From assembly GCA_951406725.2 (NCBI GenBank), contig OX597832.1, positions 10,354,001 to 10,418,000 on the forward strand: a stretch of 64,000 nt of DNA, read 5' to 3'. Positions 41,701 to 55,985 of the stretch are shown here, piece by piece (within the stretch, counting starts at the first letter, position 1; the number at the start of each line of letters is the position of its first letter). A program made the translations under genes and the position numbers. Below the pieces are notes generated by a model that did not search any database, had not been told where the DNA came from, and saw nothing but the letters and a program-made list of their open reading frames with translations. This DNA is from Octopus vulgaris. Lineage: Eukaryota.

Positions 41701-42180
41701 TGCTATTTTCATATGTTACCTTTTCTGAATAATTTACATATTCATCGAATGTTCATACATTGACTCGATAACACCGTCCATGCACCGACAACGCTGTTCA
41801 TACACCGACTCCAGTTATATGAACAACTGATTTAGTAACACATACTCTTCGCCAATATCATGCGTATCTTAAAAGCGATTGTGCATGTTATACTTAAACT
41901 GAACCATCCAACAACACCTGTTTGCATAAACGCTCAATTTGACATCAAGTCGAGTGACCGACCCTCACATGATCTTTGATTCTGTTGTATATCAAACCAT
42001 CAGTTCAGGTTCCATTATTACAAAGTATTAGAAAGTGGCATGTATTAGAGCGGCATACAATATTTTTTTTATTTGTAACAGGATTTTCTTCAGGTATTGT
42101 TGATATTCATATATAATTATATCTAAATGATTCTATATTTTGAAACAAACCTTCCATTTCAGGTAATGGATATACATATA

Positions 42181-42231
<51 letters not shown>

Positions 42232-42316
42232 TTAGAGACAAAACCACTATTTTGCAAATCAAACAAGGAAAGACTTACTCAATACATAAAAAAATTAATA
42301 TAAAGTAAATAAATCG

Positions 42317-42360
42317 CCACTACAATTGTTTCCTGTCTTCAAATGACATTCATCAGGTGG
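42317..42360 (-). ncRNA. Type-I hammerhead ribozyme (intact core)
   Basis: ccac-CTGATGA-a-tgtc(atttgaa)gaca-g-GAAA-caatt-GTA-gtgg: stem I ccac/gtgg, stem II tgtc/gaca, palindromic stem III ACAATTGT, GUA triplet. Confidence 0.8.
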
Positions 42361-42408
42361 ATTTCATATCTTCTATTCAATTTTAAAATTGAATAGAAGA
42401 TATGAAAT

Positions 42409-42450
42409 CCACCTGATGAATGTCATTTGAAGACGGAAACAATGTAGTGG
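42409..42450 (+). ncRNA. Type-I hammerhead ribozyme (intact core)
   Basis: ccac-CTGATGA-a-tgtc(atttgaa)gacg-GAAA-caat-GTA-gtgg; mirror of 42317-42360 with two 1-nt deletions. Confidence 0.75.
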
Positions 42451-42602
42451 CGATTTATTTACTTTATATTAATTTTTTTTTATGTATTGATTAAGTCTTT
42501 CCTTGTTTGATTTAATATGGTTTTGTCTCTAATTAATATTATATAATATTTTACTATAAAATTGGATTCAATCCTAAATCTGATTTTTCCCTGTAAATTT
42601 GG

Positions 42603-42690
<88 letters not shown>

Positions 42691-42969
42691 TGATTTTGTA
42701 CATTATTATTTTCTGGTTTCATTCTTATTACTAACTTTGTTAACGAAACTCAACCTAGAGGTGTATATAGAAAGTTCATTTGTATTTCAAGCATTGTTTG
42801 GATCAATGTTTAACCCCATGACCCTCATATGAGAAAATTGAAGTAATTATTAACTAAGCTTGTGGAAATGCAGATGTGCTTGAGACGGCGAAACATGTTT
42901 CTCGTTTTCATGCCTGCTTTTCAGATACACGTAGCCACTTAGAATACAGTAGCAAGATCACACAATCAA

Positions 42970-43270
42970 AATGTGAGTTTGAGCTCGAGGGAGGGGTAGG
43001 ATGTATACCAATACCAGCGTAATACAGAAAAAAAGAACCGCTTTACCAACAACTGTATGACAGCAATATCATGGATCTCTGAAAGAAAGGAGCGCGGAAA
43101 ACCAGAGCGTGGAAGGCCTGGAGAACAAAGTCTGTTCAAAAGAAATACAGATTGTCGATAGGTAGCGTGAAGATTCACGCGAAACACAGTTACCTACAGT
43201 ATAGAAGAGCATTAAGAAACTGAGAAAAGGTGGAGGCCGTAAAGGACACCTGAAGCAGCAAATGGGTAAA
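42970..43270 (+). mobile_element. RTE-type LINE 3' fragment (decayed)
   Basis: Broken reading resembles TAxxWxPExKxxxGRP...VEA of RTE C-termini. Confidence 0.45.
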
Positions 43271-43565
43271 ACAAAGTTAATTTTATAATAAAAAGAATTC
43301 GTTGCAAAATTAGAGGTGTATTTATCTGAGACATTGTGCTGAAATTAAAACCATTATATCACGATTAAGGCACTAAGGTTGTATGCAGCATCCTATCACT
43401 GTTGTTTGAGGAACATTTTAACAACTTATGAAATAAACGGAAAACAAAACTAGCACTTTTGTTTGTTATGAAGAGACGTATATTTTTTTTCAAATGAGTA
43501 AACGGAAATCTATGCAACAGCAATAACAACAGCACATACATCCAACTTACGAATACGAATATATA

Positions 43566-43795
43566 TTTCTTTAGTAACCATAAGGTACTAAACATAGAGC
43601 GGACAAACAAGGACAGACATAGGTATTAAGTCGATTACATCGACCCCAGTGCGTAACTGGTACTTAATTCATCGACCCCGAAAGGATGAAAGGCAAAGTC
43701 GACCTCGGCGGAATTTGAACTCACAACGTAACGACAGACGAAATACCACAAAGCATTACGCCCGGCGCGCTAACGTTTCTGCCAGCTCGCCACCT
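43566..43795 (-). mobile_element. SINE family B, near full length, with probable TSD
   Basis: Matches 18141-18358; acttacgaata occurs on both flanks (43545 and 43797). Confidence 0.9.
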
Positions 43796-45436
43796 CACTT
43801 ACGAATATATGTAAGCGAAATTGGATATATAATAGTAGCGAAATTGGATATATAATAGTAGTTGGCCGATTAAATTTTACTTATCTTAGGAAACTTACAA
43901 ATTCTCGATTGAATTTCGTTTCATTTTCACGAGTAATACTGTAGCACATTTAAAGTTTAGCATATCTTCTTTTTCAACTTAACCTCGTATTGTATCTTTT
44001 TTTTTTTTTTTTTCTATAAAGATGTTGAGAAAGATTTTGTGAAACTATTGCCATCAGAAAGCAGAAGCTTATTTGTTTGTCTCTACGGAAATGAATAGCA
44101 TTCGCCAATAATTGTAAATGACAGTCCTTTTACTCGAGGCGATGTAATAAGCAGCATCTTTACGCAGCTTGGATACAATAAAACGCAACCACCATTGTAG
44201 TTAACTACTATCATGTCATGTCAAGCATGCAAAGATTGTACATTTTTGTTTTATTCATCTCCCTATGCGTATTTCTATTATTATAGAAAGGATAATGGGC
44301 AATTTAAATTAGATGGAACTAGCACTACTATTATAATGCATAATGTATGAAATTGACTTCAAATAATTGACGATGTTCATTCGTCGTAGAAATTTATTTC
44401 GTTTAAACATGTGTTAGGGTCACAGGATGTCCCTCATTCTGTCTTGTTCTGACATCCACGTATCGATCTACTAAGCAGGTTTCTCGGCACATGAATGCTT
44501 TGAATTACTGTGGCGCCCAGCAGCATTTCATTCCGTTATGAATATCGATATGATTAATATCTTTCCTTATATTCATATTGTTATTGTCATCCTTATATTC
44601 ATATTACTGTTGCCGCTGCCGGTGGTGGCGATATATTTGTTGCCGCTGTCGCAGTATTGAATAAGCATAAATCTTAAAGCTTTTGCCTTGCGGTATTTGT
44701 TCCTGGAATTTGGATTCTAAGTTCAAATGCCACCATGCTCCACTTTGATTTTTATCCATACAGTCTCGTAAATACTAAAACATTTATCAAGACCCAGAGT
44801 CAAAAGATTTGATGTAATTTGTGCCGAAAGTATTTCTGTCATAGTGCCTATATTAAAAGCCGTGTAAATATGCTAGAGTGACATAATCTTTAAAGCTTCG
44901 AACAAAATTCTTCGTACTCTTCACTACTCGGAGTGAAACTCTCCCCATTGCATCCGTCTATAGTCAATAAGCTGAGAGAAAACAAAACAGTCCGTAGTAT
45001 TCCAAAATATAAAACCTAGTGCCTGTGCGAGAAAAATAAAGATATTGATATTATAGATGTTTGATTGCATCTGTTTTGATTCCGTTATTGTTGCCGGAGG
45101 CGTTGGTGTTGCTATTCCTTGCACTGGTAAAACGCGTGAAATTGTGATTCGAGTTTATGTGTTACATTTTGTTACGACACTCAGTATGAGGCTAATTATC
45201 TATTTCCACGTTTTCTTTTTATATGAAGCACTGATTGTCACTTACACTTTTATTCTACGATATTTAGTGAGAAAAGCATGTTCAGCATATAATTTTCTGC
45301 TGCTGACATATTTTACATGATATCGACTAAACTACGACTTGGGCCCCTAATAGTACAACGACATTTCCAAACATAACACACAAAACTATAAAATATTAAA
45401 AAAATATAATAATATTCAAACGAAATAACATATTTG

Positions 45437-45476
<40 letters not shown>

Positions 45477-45840
45477 GGGTGTGTGTGATTGTGTATAGAA
45501 GAATATATTAATAAAAGGAATTCCAACCTTGTTTGATTTTCACGTTTTGTTTACAATCTTATAATGATATAAGATAATATAATATAATATAATAAAATAA
45601 TAGAATAGAATGTTAAATGTTCATTCTGATTGAAATAGTACATTCATGCATTAAATTCTGCAATCTTCAGGTTCATGTAGTAGTGGTATATAACATATAT
45701 ATATGCAAATACTGACAGGACACAGATAGTGTGTCTATGGCCAGCTGGAGGAGTGTGTCCTCCTGGGGCTAAAAACTACAGTAGCATCCACTCCTTATTG
45801 GGGTTATCCTAAATCTGATATTGAAATGGCAAAAAATACG

Positions 45841-45898
<58 letters not shown>

Positions 45899-47389
45899 TA
45901 TAGTTATTATATATCTGTTAGATATAAATTACAATCTATTATCAGTTTCTTACTGACGACGGCAACAAAAACGATGTACAGGTCTCGACACACGTTCACA
46001 AACACAGTACGCAGCCAGAACATAACCAGCTTCTTGTATATCACACACGTTTGACGGCACATCCATGAGTCATTTTGATATAAACATCCGATATTTTCTC
46101 CAATTTGGACAAAGAAATATGTAATGCAATTATATCTCTTTAAATCAGGTGTTCTCATACACTGTATGGAACGTTGTCTTCTACATCCAACGAAACAAAA
46201 TGTACTTTATAATTCACATGCTTTACACATGGATGAGATTCTCCAGTTGAATCATGCGTTGAGACACGTATGCATTCCCCGATCTATAGCACAGTATCAA
46301 GTTAACCACGGCAAAATGACTTAATAACATTTAATGAACTTGAATATGTAAGACTACTGTTAAAAATCGGGCGCTGTGTTACTACATGTATGTTAGCGAA
46401 AAGCATTTGCTGCAAAACGGGCTAGAATATTCTTATAATGCTGTGCAATAGCAGTAGGCCATCTTATACTATCGGATAACAAAATTGCTAATGAAACTGT
46501 GTAGCTAGAAAGGCTACACATTTCTGATATACAAACGCGACTTAGAACTTATATAATGGAAGCCGATTTTTTACTGTTATATGATTTTGCATGTCATTCT
46601 TGCCCTTCCAAGTTATCTATTTTGTCATTCGTATTTCTATTGCTGAATTGTTTTATTGTTTCACTTAGACTGTGACTATTACTGGCTGAAGCTAGTGTTC
46701 TTTCGACAATTCGCTCATTTAATTTTCAATTTTAATATCACAGTCCAGGTGGCGATTTTTTGTGTGTTTTACCTTGTTCTGCCAACCTCTTTATTTTCTA
46801 ATTCCAATGTGTTATGTTTATTCTCTTTAGAAAAGAAATAGTATATGTAAACACCGGTCTGGACCATGAATTGATTGTACTCACATCTTACAGTAGATTA
46901 AGTTATGTCTTGTGTAACTTACTTATCCTCCACGTGTACCTTTTGCACCGTTGATAATCGCTCTCCCTTTTTCCTCCATTACATTATCGTTAAGCAACGT
47001 CCCTAGTCTTTAGCAATGAAGTGATATCATCTTGAACTTTTACACCATCAAATTCATTACTCTCCTAAATGAAGATTTCAGACGTTTTTGCCTCGAATTA
47101 TGATGGCGAGCTAACAGAATCTTTAGCATATTGGGCAAAGATTTAATTGCATTTCTTCCGGCATTTTAAATTTTGATTTCAAATTCTGCGGAGGTCGTCA
47201 TTGCCTTTCGTTCTTTCAGAGTCGATAAGTTAAAATTCCTGTCGTGCAATGGAGTCCATATATTCGACTGCTTCTCTAAACATCACTGGTCTAGCGGCAA
47301 AATAAGAAAATATATTTAGACCAAACTGCATAACAATATACTTGTTAGCATTTGTAATGCTAGAATAAGAGAATCCAATGTCTGTAGTA

Positions 47390-47431
<42 letters not shown>

Positions 47432-47434
<3 letters not shown>

Positions 47435-47607
47435 CTCAAATTTATAGAAAAGCATAAACTAAAATAGGTATAGGAACAACAACCAAGTGTATTGGTTTGA
47501 TGCTCGGAAAAGATGGAAATGTCTTTTACGTTTCGAGCAAATGCTCTTCGAGAGAAATGAATAAAAGGAAGTACAGAAAGAATGAAGAAATAACTTGTGT
47601 TCATTGG

Positions 47608-47610
<3 letters not shown>
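47432..47610 (-). mobile_element. PLE terminal-type fragment inside (TA)n with a degenerate hammerhead (47524-47557)
   Basis: ttt-CTCTCGA-a-gagc(attt)gctc-GAAA-c-GTA-aaa; same stem II as 6541-6575 with a different loop; (TA)n on both sides. Confidence 0.6.
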
Positions 47611-47654
<44 letters not shown>

Positions 47655-49289
47655 TTTTACATTCGGTTGCACTTTGAAGTATTCTATATACGGTATGTGA
47701 TTCATTGTCACTCTGGTTTTAGGGAAACCTAGGTAGAACTTCGACAAAATCGACTTTAGTCCTAATCCTGGATATACTATCCTAGTACTAAAATTTGAAT
47801 CCTTTATGCTTGATGTTGTTATTACTCGTATTACTGATATTGATGTGGATATTCGTCTCATGATATCCTCTTCAATGTAATTGTAAGTATCGTTATCATT
47901 GCAGTTTTGCTGTTGTCCCCTAAGCATATAATATACAAAGGAACAATTAGCAGTTTCCCTTGTGTTCAAAATACTTGTGCGTGATACCCCTGCACCAGCT
48001 TCAGCATGTTACTGTTCCCAAGTGCAATCTCCTATATGTTTTGGGGAAGGAGGGCTGTGTTTTGCTATATCAGTATTGCTTTGGATTTGGACTCATATTT
48101 TGTTTGCTTCCTTCCTTTTTTGTTAACTTTGCTTGCTGTGTAGATTATTTGGAATATGGTACTTTTTATATTATAGTCTTTGGCAGTTAATTATGTTTCA
48201 ATTGTGCCTGTGTGAGTTGTTTTATGGTACACGCCTAGACAAAAGATTCGCTGATATATTAAAAAACATCATGTTCCAGCAATTTCTTGAACTTCTAACT
48301 CTAATACAAAGTACAACTTCAAATGTTTCCTCGGTAATTTAATAAAGAGACGTGTTAGTATTATATACCGAATTATTTAGAAGTTTCCTGTTATATGCGC
48401 AACGATTTATTTTCATTATATTTAGATTCATTATGCTTCTTTGCGTATTGGCACAGCGAATAGAGATTTATCTATAATCGTATTGATTTTTGTTAACTAG
48501 CCAAGAGACATTTCATGTTAACTGAACTCAAGTGTTATCAATTGGCGTCGTCCATTATATTATAAAGACGGATGTTGCTCCATGACGCGGTAAAAATAGA
48601 CGCAAGAATCATTAAACTACATAGCATAAAGTATTTCACAATGTGTCCCACCTGTGAAAGCTTCGCTTAACTAAGCTCTAACATGGTGCAGTGTTGTAAA
48701 CGATGTTCTCATTTAAAGTAACTTGATATTACGACAGTCAACAATAATCACGTTTAAGATATACACAATCAAATCTTTGACGTTACTTGTATGTTCTGCA
48801 CTAAGAGAGAAGATGTAATAAATTACAGAACTTGCTAGTTTGCAACCAAAAAAAAAAAAAAACACGAAAGCAGACCGAGGACTTTAGATTATATATAATA
48901 CTTGTAATATTAAGTTGATAATTCACTTTAGATTAATAATTCAGCTGGTGTGCTAAAGAAACAGCCTCTGGAAAATAGTAAGTTCAAATGAATGCAAGTA
49001 CACACAAAACAATATCCATAGAGAGATTTATAGTTTCATACGTATACCACATATATATAGGTGAATATGTCTCTGTGTGTGTGTGTATGTGTGTGTGTAG
49101 ATGAATACATGCATTCATGTATACATAAGTACATACATATGTATCGTCGGCTTTCCATCGAAGGAAGACGTTGCCTGATCTTGTCCAGCGATCATCTGTG
49201 GAAAGTTTGCATTTGGGCCTCATTGCCGGCTATTGATCTGCTGTAGATGAAGCTATTTGATGCCAGGATATGGCATTCGAATAGCTTTT

Positions 49290-49700
49290 CATTCAAGACT
49301 CCCACAGACGATCCTCTTCACTGAGCTAGTCAACTGCAAACGACAATGAGGAGCCCCAAGACCCAAATTCAAAGACCAAAGACCAACTAATGTCTCCCCT
49401 CTTTCTAGCTGGCATCGGCTCTGTTATCTGAGAGACAGAAGCCGCCGACATTCTATCCTTGCGAAGAGCAATCCAGCTCGTCTGTTCCACTTTCGAGGAG
49501 GGAAAAATACTGAAGAAACAACAAGATGGCCACAAAGCGCGACATCTCCAGCCAACACAACCACACTTCCAGCTATGCGATCAGGGTGGTCCGTCATTGT
49601 TCCATTCCCGACTTGGCCTGCTGCGTCATGTCAGATTTAAGCATCATGGCGGCACCAGATAACCCAAACTCGAACAAGGATGGCGCCGGTGACGATGACG
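49290..49700 (+). mobile_element. RTE-clade LINE 3' end
   Basis: SRLPQTILFTELVNCKRQ*GAPRPKFKDQ...RRAIQ...FEE...SRLGLLRH (RTE C-terminal Cys/His region), then a short gac/gat tail. Confidence 0.75.
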
Positions 49701-49993
49701 ATAATAACACTCTAGATTCTAAAGGCATCAATATGTACGAAGCCGTAATATGGCTAGATACGTTAACATAGAGCTGACACTGAAGTGAATAATGTTGAAG
49801 AAATTATGTGTTTGTAGGACACTGTAAATACAGACATACTAAATCTAATTCGGTTTAAATCTAATTTTCACCGAAGATCCGACAGTGAGGTTGCTCCTTC
49901 GTGTTACTCAGATATAAACGCTATTTGTGTTATTAATATATATATATATATAGAAATCTATAACTATGTATGTATGTCTGTATGTATATACAT

Positions 49994-50061
<68 letters not shown>

Positions 50062-50909
50062 GTGTATGTATGTATGTATGTATATGTGTGTATATGTGTG
50101 CGTGTGTGTGTATATATATGTATGTGTGTGTATATGGATATTTTTAAGTGTGCTAATCTAGTGTTCTGTATTTGCATTAACCATCTCAGATTATGAGTTT
50201 AGCCAAATATTTATCCTATAACAAAATAACTCGAACGATAGATATGGTCGATTACAGTCCTTGAAGAAAAAAAAACCAAGACGAGACGTAGTCCACTAAC
50301 TAAATCCAGTAAAATTGAAGTACAACGCAAAAATTGGAAGATATTAATGTAATAATATAAACGACTTCAGCAAAGATAATGATATTACCAACTTTGTTTC
50401 TTAAAAGGTGTTAACAGATAACGTGTTGCCATACAAAATGTTCTCTTTCTAGAGAAATTTACGTAATTTTCTTTTCACATTAGCAGGGAAATCGTGAAAA
50501 CAAAACATACCATCAAAGTAAGATTTTTAACGGACAAAACTGCATTAATGATGACGCACATTTTTTTTGAACTAAAATCTTGTAACGCTTTTAAATTCTG
50601 GCAATTTCTCAGAGTAATTGATACTAAAATTTTCTGTCATATTGGATCCATAAGCACCGTTAGATGAATATAATGGCCTGATGTTTCATACATTTAATAA
50701 TAATCACATACGATGAAAGGAAACGGTAGCTGATATGGTTACAAACACCGAACAAATTACGTAAATGAAAGGAATATAGCAATGCACTACATAACGTACA
50801 TCTACTAGCATAATCCTTTATATTCTCATTCTTTTTCTCTTTCCCTACCACTCTGTCTGTATTTTTCTCTCCTTCTCTCTCTCTCTCTGTATATATATAT
50901 ATATATAAA

Positions 50910-51194
50910 TCTTTATATATAAAAGTCAAGTTGTGTGTCTGTCTCCTACGATTTAGATTCCTAACTACTCCCACATTTTGCGGTGCAGTTTAACCAAAAC
51001 CGGGTATCTTATAGTCGTGATTCATACCGAGCCCTTCTGGGTATTAGCGCGTGTCTAAGATTTTAAAAAAATTTACCACCATTTTTCTTCCCATTTTAAT
51101 GCATCTTTTTGCTGTTTTTTGGCTATAACTCTCTAAAAATGCTTATATAGTTATTTCCCTTACAAACCCGAGCCACGCCGGGCGATACTGCTAG
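50910..51194 (+). mobile_element. Non-autonomous Helitron (short sister of 5937-6441)
   Basis: A|TCtttatatataaaa...cccgagccacgccgggcgatactgCTAG|T; in TA-rich microsatellite context. Confidence 0.85.
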
Positions 51195-51209
51195 TAATAT
51201 ATAAATATA

Positions 51210-51264
<55 letters not shown>

Positions 51265-52069
51265 TATATATATTTATATGCGCGTCTGTGTGTGCACAGG
51301 TATATTGCTCCTTGTCATCGTCATTGGCACGTCCTTCGAAAGCGAGATTTGATTTCTCTCCTGCACAGACATTTGGACTATTAATACCAATAGTGAATGC
51401 AGGTAACGGGTTCTTTCGTTACCCTTGTCTCTCCACCTCTTTTTTTCTTTCAAACGATTTTATGCCACTGATCTAGGCATGGACAATTCACAGAATATAC
51501 GCAATGAAATTGAAGAGTAAAGAATAACGAAATAAAGAAATAAAGTTCACAGTTCATTTTTCAGTGGGTATGGATGTTAGTCCGTATGTCCTTGAGTAAA
51601 ATCCAAGATAAATCCATGCAGTATTGCGGCAAAGTATGAGTAGTGTGTTTCGAGTATAAATACCCAGATAATATTTTGGCAGAAATAGGAATGGCGTATT
51701 CATATTGAGATGGATACTTTGATGTGGTTCTTGAGCAAAGTGAAGGAGGTGAAAGAGAAAAAAAGGGAAAGAGTGGTTAATGAGGAGAGAGAAGGAAATG
51801 GGGCAGCCTGTGAGGATAGAGAGGAGGAAGGTAAGTGACAAGATATTAGCAAGGGTTGGTCAGAAAGATAGAGTAAAAAACTTAAATATATATAATAAAA
51901 TATAGATAAATATATAAAATGTAGAAATAAAAACAAGAATAAGAATAAATTATAAAAAAATAACCGTCTAGATAAAAGAAAAGAGGAAGAACTTAATGGG
52001 GGATAAAAAATAAAAAATAAAAAAAGATCAAGGAGGATAGGAGCAGAAATAACAAGAATAAAAAATAAG

Positions 52070-52300
52070 ATGCCAGCACTTCGTTTAGGGATGGGGCACG
52101 ATGTGAAGCAGTTATTATTTGTGAGTCCACTTGTGGATCCCTGATATGAGATGCCAGAATCTATTATAGCCCAGGATGTTTTATATTGTATTTTCATGTT
52201 AATTAGATGGTGCTTGTGAATGACTAGGCATGCGGAGTCGCTATGCACTTTACATTTAAATGAGTATAAATGTACAGAATATTTTTGCTTCAAATTAACG
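52070..52300 (-). mobile_element. Penelope-like GIY-YIG endonuclease C-terminal remnant
   Basis: KQKYSVHLYSFK..HSDSACLVIH..L....IQYKTSWAII resembles PLE FKxRxxxHxxSF..TxLSxH..IxWxI; followed on the minus strand by a pyrimidine-rich tract. Confidence 0.6.
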
Positions 52301-54639
52301 GTAGATCCGATATAGTAGCAAGAAGAATTATTTAATTATGTGTGTGTGCGTTTGTGTGTGTGTGTATGAGTGTGCGTGTGTATGTGTATGTATGTATGTG
52401 TGTATGTATGTATTTATGTATGTATAAAGCTAAATTGATTTTGAATAGAACGCACTCATTTTGAACACAGATTGCAACTCCTTTTCGTATAGTATCTAAG
52501 TGCACATCTTTTATTTTGAACAAGGTATTTCTATCTTTTAATGTTAATACAAATGTGAAAAGCCGGTGAGCTGGCAAAATCGTTAACACGCCGTGTGAAA
52601 TTCATAGCGGTATTTTTCTCCCTTAGTGGGGTTGAAAATTAGAGAGTTACTGAGCGCAACTAAGGCCTGTTACCCTCAAAATCACTAATGACTTCCTGTA
52701 TCTGCCAGCATCCTACAGCTTTGCCAATGTAGCATATTCACACACATTTTGAATTATAATATTTACATTTTTGCTGATATATGCTTGCGTATTAAATTTG
52801 ATGGAGAATAATTGTTCTGTGATACCAATACGATACAGCAATAACAGATTTATCCATATTTTTTGTTACCATTTTTGAAATGCGGTGTTTCCCACACATA
52901 TCAATACTTTTTAAAGAAATATCATGTTTCTTTTCCCTTATCTATGATTATAACTTGTTTACATTTGCTTCAATCGGCTTTTGATCATGGCTTAATATTC
53001 CATTTCATTTTATTTCAAATAATTGCATTTATAATGTACTCACAATCATAGAACAGTGCTAGCTATAATGATTTGGTCTCAGAATTTTCTCGTAAGAGAA
53101 TTTGTAGGTTAAAAAATAGATATCTGTCAGAATTTTGACGGCGGACAAGCAACTACTGCCGTCTAACTTGAAACGATTTCCTCAATTGCAAAAACACTCC
53201 ATCCGGACATTTAATACTGCAATAAATCTGCATTCGAATTTTGAAATCAGAATGCAAGGTGCTTTCCTTCAAATCTGTTTTCAACACGCAGAGTCTCTTA
53301 AGAGACGTTTCTCTAACAGAACATCTTACAGCTAGTGCCGTTATATATATGCATATACTGTACTTTATAAATGTCAGACACATATGTATTCTTTTTTCTT
53401 TTTAGATATTCATTTTCTAATGCTCTTTCGAATGCACATAGCTATTTCATTTTACCCTCATAATATACCGAATAAGTTAGCATGTCTGTGCGTTCGTTAT
53501 TAAGTAGATCAGGTCAAAACATAAGTATGTGACCATGTAGTAATATCTATCTAACTGTGTTCTAACACAAACATCTCCAAAGGGAAGCGTTTTTTTATCA
53601 TTTTCGTTTCTGAGACAACGTATGGCAACTAGCGCCATTCAACATTTGTATATACATCATAAATGTTATACACATCGTTATTTTAATCTAATGCTCTTTC
53701 AAGTAGGAATATTGATTTCGTTTCATTTATTATTTTTTTATAGTTACTTTTATTTATTTTATTTACATTTTTTCTTTATTCTCATTTTTCACTATCAAAA
53801 CCATGTGACACGTTTAATACTTCAATAAAAGATTTTTTTCAGTTTTTGTAATATTTTATAACACCTAAAACCATTTCCTTTCATTTTATATCAATAAAAT
53901 GTTGTTAAACTTTCATCTTCTTCTATTGTAAACATAAAGTTTTGGTTGTCAATTATGGTGAAATATCATAGGGTGCCAAATATTCAATGCAATACTGTCT
54001 AAATTTACTCAGTTACGGAAACTGTATATCATTAACTCAACCATGTCTTCTACAATTTAGACGTGATTATTTTCTTCCGAAATACATATTCAGCCGTCAA
54101 TGACATTCCACCAACTTTTCATTGATTTTACTTAAACCAACATAATTCCTAATTTAAAAAAATCATTACAATTGGTATCGAATGAACTAGTGCCCGGTCG
54201 GATTTTCCCAGAAAGTATGTATGTAAAAATAAAGATGATTATATCTGCTTTACTCTTTTAGTAGTTTCTATCATAGAAGTGTCAGATTATTTTGTATTAT
54301 TTATTGCCGTAGTGATTTAATGCCCACGTCTACGTATGTTTTCAGTTTAGGAATGATGAAGTGAAACTGGGCGGAAGAAAGTGAGATCAAAATTAGTTAA
54401 GCAACCAACTATGAGTTATGACGTTCTCCTCTATTTCCAGGCCAGCCAGCATTATTCTATATATCAAGTTCAACTACCTATTATAAGCCAAAGACAAACG
54501 TCCCTCAATAAATACACTAATGTTTTCAAACTGATATAATGTATGACATAGTTTACCCCTATGTCATTCTCAATAATATAATTAAGAAATAACACAGCGT
54601 ACAATATTGGTAAACTTGATAAATAGCGAAAGCCGTATC

Positions 54640-55985
54640 TTCCAACTAGAAACCACCTATGTCTCCGTCAGGGCGTCACCGTGAAGTAGCTGTCCGGTCA
54701 AAAATGTTTTGGCAATTTGTAGTGGAAGACAGGAACGATATTCTGAACGGAGATGCCTGTGTGTTGGGATAAAACGAAGAAGCATAGTGCAAAAGCATTA
54801 CTATCTTCTTTCAACGCTTCAAAATGTCTGACTGGTAACGAGTGGATTTCCAAAATGTAGACATGAACACACTCTCACAGCTGACCCAGGAGGTATTTAG
54901 ACAATATTTTAGGCCAATAGAAAACGAAGAGGTTGTATGAGATGTGAAAATTATAAGATTCTTTTTCCCCAGTGTGAGAATTTCAGATAATATTAGCGCA
55001 AAATTTAAGTGCACGTTTATGAGAGTAATGATCAAAAATAAATGGTTCGTTGTCTCCTTGAAAATAACGGTAAGTGATGATAAGAACTATATTAGAGAGA
55101 GAGCTTCTTTGAAAATTCAAAGACGCGCTCTAGGAAAGCGTCGGAACAGTGGTGCTTGCGGCGATACTCAGCTTCAGCAAATTTTTCAACAAAGAGAACA
55201 AAAACTGCATCTGCAAATCTATGAGTTGAAGGATGAAAAGTCAATTGATAGACACTGCTGGCGGAAGCGCCACGTATCGAGAAGGCTATGATTTAGTGTT
55301 TAGAGGGATATAATGTAAGCGAGAAACTAGATTCCAAGAAGACACTTGCTTCCCATAAGTGAAATTTTGCTCAACTCTTGTGGATGATATACGGGCTTGG
55401 TTTCAGGATGGAATTAAATGCCTCCCTGCGCTGACAGATTGCCGCTTGTCATACCTCCATCAGTTGAATATGGTGGAAACCCGTCAACAGACAATGAAAA
55501 CCAAAAGCATTGAATTACTGAACGAAGTACAAATAGCTTGTTCGAATGATTTCCCTCTTTACACGTTTTACGATGGTGTGCCATACAGTTTGGTAACATC
55601 ACCTTGGCTGCTATCAATCACAGCTGGCAGCGGAACAGGATAATCCCTAATTCTATGCGAAGAAGAGCTGCAACGCGTCCTCCCTCAAGGATTTAAATAT
55701 TGAAACGTTGAAACATTTTGGCCAAGATATTAGCTAAGAGATTAGAGCTTGTTGTCTTTATATTGATTGGTAATGCTCAGGTGTATACAACCTAGATGAG
55801 ATCGCACCACAGTAATCTGACACCCGTACATTACGTCATAATATAGACAGGTAGGGAACCTGAATCGAGCGGGGATCCTGATCAATTTATATCACAGAAA
55901 TGCTTTTCACAACGTGAACGCAATAAATAGTGGTGATCACACCATTTTCGATCCGTACTTCGAGTGGTAAATTTCAACAGAGAAA
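54640..55985 (+). mobile_element. L1/Tx1-type LINE ORF2 remnant
   Basis: RYLDNIL, DGVPY, ILAKILAKRLELVV..LIGNAQ and LINLYHRNAFHNV (cf. LDQxKAFDRV) in correct order. Confidence 0.75.

Larger units (their letters stand above)
42221..42543. repeat. ~320-bp near-perfect palindrome (head-to-head duplication, no spacer)
   Basis: Centre caatttt|aaaattg at 42384/42385; arms complementary out to taattagagacaaaacca / tggttttgtctctaatta; between two (TA)n tracts. Confidence 0.97.

Noticed and set aside
51700-52293. 197-aa minus-strand ORF with a hydrophobic C-terminus
   Set aside because: PLE endonuclease remnant reading into low-complexity pyrimidine-rich sequence; not a membrane-protein gene
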